Shown here piece by piece: positions 35,901-44,900 of a stretch of 64,000 nucleotides of DNA. A model generated the notes under the pieces. That model was given only the letters and a program-made list of their open reading frames with translations, was not told the DNA's origin and ran no database searches. The stretch covers positions 195,176,001 to 195,240,000 of the forward strand of contig OZ038378.1 of the NCBI GenBank assembly GCA_964036045.1. The letters run 5' to 3'. The DNA is from Eutreptiella sp. 'Long Island Sound 2002'. Taxonomy: Eukaryota; Protista; Euglenida. A program made the translations under genes and the position numbers. Position 1 is the stretch's first letter. Every line of letters starts with the position of its first letter.

Positions 35901-38900
35901 TCATTGTTTTTGCATGCACATGTTACACTGCCACAATGCAGTGCGGTATCGGTTCTCTCTGCAGGAGGAATCGTGAACCTCGTGACAGGCCCTAACACTT
36001 CGGGGTATGCTGCGCCCGCCTCCTTGCACCCTCTCCTGCCCCCGCCATTAAGTGTGTCACCAAGTGTCGCAGGGACTCTCCCTCTCTCCATTCCTCCCCT
36101 TTCTCCGGCATCCGTTGGCCCAGATGTTGGCCAAGGGGCCACCCAGGACCTTTGGCCTCTTTCAGTTCTGAGGGCTTCCGGCATCGTGCTCCTGGCCCTC
36201 GGTGATGGATCTCGTCACGGTGTATGGGGCATGTTTCGAGTAATTCAGAGGAATTGTTCTGTTTCTGGAGGTGCAAGTTTTTGATGAATTTCGAAGTTTC
36301 GAGTAGATTTCTGTTTTGGCACAGAAAAAGAGAATTTGGGTCGGTGGTAAAATTCCGGGGTGACGCGGTTGGAACGGTGTTATTTCCAACACGCGTCCTG
36401 AGGGGGGCATGCCATGCTTCCGCCCGCGGAGACTGCTGCATAGAGACGCCGCAGCTGGCTCAAATACCTCTGGCGCCTGCTGGCCTTCGGCCCCGAGCGT
36501 CGGCTTGACCACGCGGGGCCACGGGTCTGGCGCATCACAAGCCCCCCCCCCCCCCCCCAACAACCACGTCCAAAAGGTGGGGGGCTGCGAATTCGTGCCA
36601 TGTATGCAACAGCACACCCTTCCGACTGCTGACATCGCAGGACCACGCACTTGCCACATGGTGGCTGGGAGCGACAGGGTACACCGCACGCGCGCATGCA
36701 CGCACGACGAGGAAGCCTCCCACGGGCTCCACCGTGGGAGGATAGATTCGTACGATGCTCTTGAAACTGGTCCCCATGCCTCTGGAGAAGCATGACACGG
36801 AGCCCTGCACCCGGGGACTGGCCTTGAGGAATGAGACATGTTTTTCCCACTCAGCACGGCCTGGGGCTATGGGCGTCTCACCGACGGCGGCGGGCAGTGC
36901 ACCGACGGCCGTTGATGGTTTAACTGACCCCGATTGGACGGTCACCGGCGGCCGTTCCGGACCGGCCGGCGCACTGTTGGCATCCCGGCGCACCGGCACT
37001 TGTTTTGGTCTTGCCTGAGGGGGTCGGACGTGGAATGGGGGGCACCGAACCCAAATCCGACCCAACCTCCTGCTGCCTCCATCCCGACCGCCGCACAGCG
37101 GATGACAGTACTGCAGCGTGTACGTCGGCCCTCAAAACTGTTGAAGCAGTCCGCACGTCCAAAATCGGAGATTGGATGCGCCCCCGACCCCCACATGAGG
37201 ACATAGGGCGTGCGCGTGTTCCAGGGGATACCGTGGAGAATGTCTTCGAGGTTGTCGATGCATTCGCTCCTCCAGGAGCTCACCAAACCCTCGAGCCCAT
37301 TAACTGACGGTTCCCTACATCCAGACCCCCAGAATTGAGGCGAGTTGGGAGAACCCCGTACTTGGGGGATTGCCTGTATTGGGCAGCATACCGATTGTGT
37401 AGACGAGCCCCCCCCCCCCCCCATACACACATGCCAGCGCAGGTGGGGGAGGGGGGGATGCCAAGGGGCAGAAGTAGCTTTTGTGAGTAGCAGGACAACT
37501 CACCGAAAAAAACACTTTTCCTCCATTCGTTAGGGTAGGCCAGCAGGCTGCCCAACTCTCGCAGTTTTTTGAACCCGCCCCCTTCACCCCCAACCCAATG
37601 GGTGGACAACCGACCCACCCATCCACGTGTGCAGGATTCCCTCCTCAAAAGGCGAACACGTACGTGCACCTGGAAGCACCAAACGGCATACTGGTTCAGC
37701 CTTGATGCCCCCCCCCCCCCCGCACCCCGCCATGCCACCCACTGTCTCCATGGCCCATCCACATGAGTTACACATGTGCTCTGAACTTGCAACTTGCAAG
37801 CCCCGGATTTGTGCCGCAAGAGTTGCACCTGCTGCTGTGCCGATGCGCTTGCGATGGGTCCGGGGTGATGATCGACCTCCACACAGCGTGCGGAGCAAAC
37901 ATCGTTGTGCCCAGTCTGGCCTGCAGGGCCTGTCATTACAAGGCGGGTGTTGCTGTGTTGCGCACGGTCTTGGGCAGCCTTGCCAACCGCAAGGGCGAGT
38001 AGCTTTGGAAGGGCAATGCAGGGAAAGGTGCGCTGGGGATGCCCAGCGGACAACGAGCCGCAGTCATCCGCATTCGTCCCTCCCTCCCGGGCCTCCGTGG
38101 GCAGTCCTGATTTCTGTGGGACCCACCTGTGCCCGCCTCTTCACCTCCTCACGCACCTCGGGTGCCAGTGCCAGTGCTCTGAGACCACGACCCGGTCACA
38201 AACACAGGCGTGCGGCCAGGGGGGGGGGGGGGATCTACAGGGAGGCACGCCATGAGGGTTACGCATAACCCCCCCCACTTTTTTCGGCAACTGGGTGTTT
38301 ACCCCCTTGTGGCGTAAATGTTTTTGGTTGTGTGGGTCATTGTTGGTGCATGAGTGTCTCCTCATTTGATGGTCATGCCCACACAAATTGTTATCCCTCC
38401 ATCATGGGGCCATCTTGGAAGGAACTTAGGTCATCTTGGTAGTAATTTCAGCCATCTGGGTAGGAATTTGAGTCACCATGCACAGCCATGTGGCGAAAAC
38501 ACCATGCTTCAAATGGCGTAGATAACCCCCCCTTTTTCTAATTTTCAGAATTCTGCGCCAAACCTCATGGTGTCCCATTTCGCAGGTTTGCCCCCCCCGC
38601 CCCCTGGGTGCGGCCCGCCTCCACCTGGCACCCTGTCTCCCTGTGTCGCCTCAGGAAGTCGGTCTACATCAAGCAGGTATGCGTCGCGTGTGGTGCGCAG
38701 ATGTGCCTTGCATCGTCATTGGGGGTCCGGGCCGCCCTCGTCAGCAGCCGGGGATCGTCCTACCGTATAGTGGTTGCCTGCGGACTCGAGAGCTGACGTC
38801 CAGCACTCGTTGCGTGACAGTCCAGACAACACGCGTCTACAACACGCATCACATGTTCTCCAACGCCTGCGACATCTTCCACAAAACCGCGTGTTTCTTG

Positions 38901-41900
38901 TGCACCCTCCCTGCAATCATTTTCAAACTGTACCCGGTGCAGACGGATGCAGTTGCTTTGGGCTCCTGTTGGCCGGGCAGCACCGGGCCGCCGTGCACAT
39001 GGGCAGCAGCAGGAGGCGGTGCACAATGGCTGCACTATGGAGCTGTAGGTACAGGCAGCCGCCAGGGGCCGTGCACGGGGGCAGCACGTGGCAGCTGCGT
39101 GCATTTGAGAGCCGGGAGAGGGGGGTATCGTCATGGAGCCCTCGACAAATGGGGGGGACGTGGACCAATACGCAACTCCGCAGGTCCCTGACGGGGCAGG
39201 AACGCCTGCAGTGGGCAGTGGTTGGTGACGTCAGAGGCTGGACCCTGGCCAGCCCGAACAAAACGAGACCCGGCGGAACTCCAAAGCCTTCCCCGCATCG
39301 TTTGTAGGTTGGCCTGATTGTCTACATGGCGCACATCGGTATGGCGTTGTGGCTGCCCCTCTCTCGGTTTTGCGTGATGCGGAGTCGTCAGGGGTGTCCC
39401 CCGCGTGCAGGCAGCCACGTCTGCACCGGCTCCTGCCCGCCTGCTCCTACTTGGCGCTTTTTCTGATGTACGTGCGTTGTATGACTGAGTTGCGGTTGTA
39501 CGGCTGTGGACAAGTTGGCGGGGCTTCAGGACGACTTTTGAGGCACGTGGGATGCAAGATTGAGGCGCGTGCGTTGATCTGAGTGGCTGTCGACCACGGG
39601 TCGCTGCCTGCTCCGCCCCCCGCCATCAGCCACCTACGGCGTCTCCCGCAGCAGCTAGGCCGGCAGTCCAGCCGGCGGCAGCCCCCGTCACCGTACTCCG
39701 GCATGTCAGGACCTAAAGAGAGTAGTGACTGCTGTTGATTGCCCGGCCTGACAAAGTCGTGGATCATGGACTGCCGTCTGGTGACCAGCAACCGCCCCCC
39801 GTCAGCCACCTCTGGCCTGGGGCTGTATTTAGTGCAAACACGAAAAAAGAGACATTTCATTCCTTTAAGGCTCAGAGGCAGCTCTGGTCGTTGGGGCCCA
39901 GGGTACCGAGCAGCAGAGACTTAGAACTGCCCGCGGGATGTGGTGTGAACGGGGGCGGGAATGGAGGCTTGAGCTGGGCCCCAGGGGGGTACCGGCCGGA
40001 CTGCGATCCATCCACCAACTATGGGCTGCAAAGGCGGTTTGGGGTGGGGGCGGGGGCTGCGGGAGTGGGAGTGGGGGTGGCGGTCCGCCCGGCACTTTTG
40101 GTATTAAGAACACCCCAAGGGTATTGACATGGGCTTGAGTTCTTTGAGGCCAGATGGGCATCAAAGAGAATGCCTTCCGGGCGCGCCGCGGAGTCGTTTG
40201 TTAGACTCCACTGCAGCCACAGGCCCGGTTCTGAGAGTCCCTCTGACTGCGGTCTTGTGCACATGGATTGTGATCGTGGTCGCAGCGGCATGCGTGCTCG
40301 CAGCCTTGGCCCCTGTGTTTGCCCCATGGCATGGTGCTGCCACAGGCTGCTTTGTGCCGGCGGATTCCGCGCTCGTTTGCGTGACAGATCGTCTCTTCAC
40401 TCGCATCCACAGGTATGGGCCTACGCTGGTGGGGCTGCTCCAATCGTACCCACAAACCAGGGCGTCTTTAGAACCATTAAAAACTGGGGGGCTCCCTCAA
40501 CCCTCCCCCTCCCCGGCCATGTGACCATCGTAACAAAACAACGAAATTTACCGTTGGGAAAATCTCGTCGGGCTATTTTTGGTGCACAAACTTTTGGGTC
40601 CCCCCCCCCCCCGCCCACTCAAAAGACGCCCTGCCACAACCGCCATCTTTGACACAATTGGTCAGGTGTCCTAAGCGATAGGAAAACGAGTTTTCTTCAG
40701 GGAAGTCCAGGTTAAACCACCACGACCGCCTGCGGCTAATCGCCAGCCGCTGGCGATAAAACCCCAACAGCCACAAGGCCTGTCACCACATCTTCAGGAC
40801 CGGAAGGGGATAGGCATCAGGGGCACGAGAGGACAGCACAGCAATCCTGCTCCGTGTTCCCGCTACGCAAGTAACTCAGTTGCATGGGTAGCACTTTGAG
40901 ACGAGGGTTCGGGTTGGAACTGCTGCTGGGGCGTTGGTCTTGTCGTCGTGTCCGCTAAGTTGGCGCAAGGCTGTCGGTCCCTTAGCTCTACAGGCCTGGC
41001 CCCCCCCACCACACACACACAGACACACCATGCAATTCAATCGACACCTGGGAACATCAAACATCCCGTGTGTGTTAGCTCCTCCTTTGATTCTGCAGTG
41101 CCGCCAACAAAGTGGACGGTACTACGAGCGCCTTCGCCGCAGATGTCCTTCAGGTGGGTGTCATGCTGCGGTACGCATCTGCAAACTCTCTGCTGCTTCT
41201 GGACGAGTTTGGCAAAGGGACGCTTGTACAAGGTGCCCTTCATACCCCCGTGGTCTCATGGAGTGCGCTGTCGCAGTACCTGTCGAGTGTGTGTGGTAGT
41301 GCGTTTGTGCGGTGTTCGTGAGGTGTCGCCTGGTTTGGCGGTGCGGTGCAGTGTGACGTGGTGCGGTGCAGTGCGCCGCGCAGCGTAGCGTAGTATGGTT
41401 GTGGTTGTGGTGTGGTGTGGTGTGGTGTGGTGTGGTGTGATGTGCCGGAGGCGCTGTTACCAAAAGGCAATGGCCGGGATGTCTTGCTTACGGGAATAGC
41501 AAAACGGGCAGGGGTGTGTGTGTGTCGTGTGTGGCCGCTGGTCCAGCTGCTCTGCCTTTTTGTGGCTGCTGCGGTGTGGCAGGGGGGAACGTGCGCCTGC
41601 CCTGGCTGCGGCGATTTGGTGGCGCTGCCTTCGCGCTGTGCCCCCCCCCCCCTTCGGCCTCCGCACCGCCACGCTCCGGGCCGGACCTGCTGCGCTGTCC
41701 ACTGCCTGCACAACTCACAGTCTAGTAACGGTTGCCACTGTAACCGGCGGCGGAGCCAGTGTACCGGATAGCGTTGTCGTTGGACTCGTTGCTCCTCTCC
41801 TCGTCGGTGTACTTCAGGCAAGGGGACATACCATTGGTGTTGATCTTCTTCACCTGCTTGGCTCTCTTCTGTGCTGTGCTGTGTTGTGCTGTACTGTGCT

Positions 41901-44900
41901 ATGCTTTGTTACGCTGTGCTGTGCCGTGCTGTGCTGTGCTGAGTAGTGCCGTGCTGTGTTGCGTTGTGCTGTGTTGTGCTGTGTTGTGTTGTGCTTTGGT
42001 GTGCTGTGCTGTGCTGTGCTGTGTGTGGTGCCGTGTTGCTGTTGCTGGAGGGGGGAAGGAGTGAGGGAAGGAGAGCCATCATGTACCCTGCCCCCCAGGC
42101 TAGGGAGGGGGCAACCCCTGTCCTCAACCCTTTACCTGCTCGTTGTCCTTGATGAACTCGTAAGATGGGGTTTCTGGCCTGGGCCGCATGCCGCCTAGTG
42201 GGCAGGGCCAGAGGCTGCTGCTTGGCGGACTCCCCTCTTGGTCTAGGCGTCCTTCATGGTGTCGAGGGGCCGGGCTAGGCGCTCATCCCCGCACGGCGGG
42301 TAAGCTGCCCTGCCACACTGCCCCGATTCGTTGATGATGGTGCTGAGGGGCCGGGCCTAGGGAGCAGCCCGGGGGTTGGATGGAGTTTAGTGGGTTTTGT
42401 TTAGGTTTGGGGCGCAGAGAGCTAGGTTGGGTTTTCAGCTGGTTTTAAGGCAGGAGGGGTGGAGGGCGGGAGAGCTGGGTTGGGTTGTGGGCTTGTTTTA
42501 GGGCGGAAGGGGCGGAGGGAGGGAGAGTTGGGTAGGGTTGTGGGCTGGTTTTAGGGCAGGAGAGGCGGAGGGGGGGGTGGGCTGGGCAAGGTTGTAGGCT
42601 AGTTTTAGGGCAAGAGGGTAGGAGGGGAGGAGGGAGGAATGGCATCCTGCTTTGGTATGGCATCCCACATAAGGCAAGGCATCCTGCACTAGGCAGGGCA
42701 TCCTGCAGCAAGGCAGGGCATCGTGCACCAGGCATGGCAACGTGCACCAGGTAGGGCATCCTGCATTGGCAGGGCTCTTGGGGTTTTGGTTCTCGTTGGT
42801 GTCGGTTGTGGTGTGGAGTGCAGTGCTGTGCTGTGTTTTGTTCTGTTGTGCTGTGCTGTGCCGTGCTGTGTGGTGTGCCGTGCTAGTGCTATGAGTGCTG
42901 GGTCAGGTTGTGGGCTGATTTTAGGGTAGGAGGGGTGGAGGGAGGGAGTCCTAGGTTGAGGTGTCGGCTGGTTTTAGGGCAGGAGAGGCAGAGAGAGGGT
43001 GCGTTGGGTAGGGTTGCAGGCTGGGCTGGTTTTAGGGCAGGAGGGGAGGAGGGAGGGAGCGAGGGTTTCCTGCTTTGGGATGGCATCCCGCCTCAGGCAG
43101 GGCATCCTGCACTAGGCAAGGCATCCTGCACAAGGCAGGGCATCTTACACCAGGCAGGGCAACTGGCAAGGCATCTTGCACCAGGCAGGGCATCCTACAC
43201 CAGGTAGGGCATGGTCCTGAGAAGAGGAGATGCGGGTATGGGTGTGTCTAGGACCTATTCTACCGTGCTGTGGTTGCTGCGGTGTGGTGTGGTATCTTTG
43301 GGGGGGGGGGGTAGCTCGTGTGCCTTTTCTGGCCATTTTGGCCTGACACACACCCTGTTCAACCGGCAGGGCCCCAACAAGGGCCCCACCTGGGGCTGCC
43401 CCACCGCCTCGCGGAACTACTCGCGGGCAGGCTGCCGGTAACCCCCCGCATAACAACGACCCCCAAGCCCTGCCTAACGTGGGCCCAGCTCACCAGGGTC
43501 GCCCGCGAGGGGACCAGGGGTGTGGTGTGGTGGGGTATCGCGCGGTGCGGTGCGGTGTGGTGTGGTTGCCCTCTGATGAGCAGCAAAGTCCAGCTCCGTC
43601 CCCGAAAAATTCCGCCACAAATCCTTGAAATTGATCCAAAAGGTTGTACTGCAGATCCTGCGACAGAATGATTCCGAAATTAGTTTGTGTTCTTTTGATC
43701 GCTGCACACAAACAGGGATGTGCTCGGTGTACAGTGGGGGGGGGGGGGCTTCGGAAATCTTGGGTTGGTGGGTGGTCCAGCCCCCCCCCTCCCGACCACC
43801 ACAGGCAACAGCCCGACTCTGGGACAGCTGACCCCGGGGTAGTCAAACAAGACAAGTCATCCAGGGGCTCCGTTGGCACAACCAAAACACGTTTGGACCC
43901 ACAGAGGGTCGGAATGTACAATGGCCAGAGGCCAATAGGCGCCGCCAAAGGCAAGCAAACCAGCACCATGGCCTCGTGCCAACCCCCCCCCCCCCCAAAC
44001 ACCATCCCTCTTGTGCGGTTGGGAAATTTCTTGCCCTTTTGGTCCGTAGACGAATGGATGTGTGGCAGAAGTACAGAGTTAACTGCGCCTCCTCTTCTGA
44101 AACGACCATTTGCTCCTTTGCAATTGTACTCAGGGGACGGAATGAAATTTCTCTGTGATTGTGGGCTGTATGTTACTGACAGCGTCCTGAGGTGCTTCTG
44201 GTGGGTGGATGGGTGGTGGCCAACCGTCCCCCCATGGCCCATGAGGCTGGGACGGTTTTGGGTGGGTGGTTTTTCCCCCAGAAAACCTGGGTATTGATCT
44301 GGCAAATCGCCCCCCTTTGCCCCACTGCGGCCAAGCACATCCCTGCACACACATGAGTGTTGTCCTTTAAATGGATGAGATACACGTTTGATGCCGGTGC
44401 GAGTGCGTGAAGGGACGACGGGGCTGTGCAGCCTGCCAGGGGTGCGGCCTGCCGTTTCGAGGGGGTGCGGCCCACCTGGTGAGAGAGGTGGGCAACAAGT
44501 CGTGAAGCTGGGCGTCCAGGGTTGCGTACGGGCGACAGGACCTGAGGGTGGGTTGTCGCGTGCACAGATGGTGTTGCACTCCTTACGAGTACGTTGAAGC
44601 ATTTCCTGAAGCGGGGACCGGAGTGTCCTATGGTCTACGTGGCCACGCATTACACCGAAATCCTGGAGTATGGCCTGGTATGCCGTCCTGCCGACCAGCG
44701 CCTCAGGTGGCCCCATTGTGCCGGACGGGCGTGTGAGGAGTCCCCTTGTCGTTGAATCAGGATATCGCCCCAGGAATGCACTCTGCTGCCACCCCCGGCC
44801 AAGCGCCCGCCCACGCCGCTTTCCAGCGCACCGCCGTGTTCGTGCACGATGGCATTGGCGTCGGATTCCAGTATTCCCCGGACACGCCGCTTCCGGGGTT

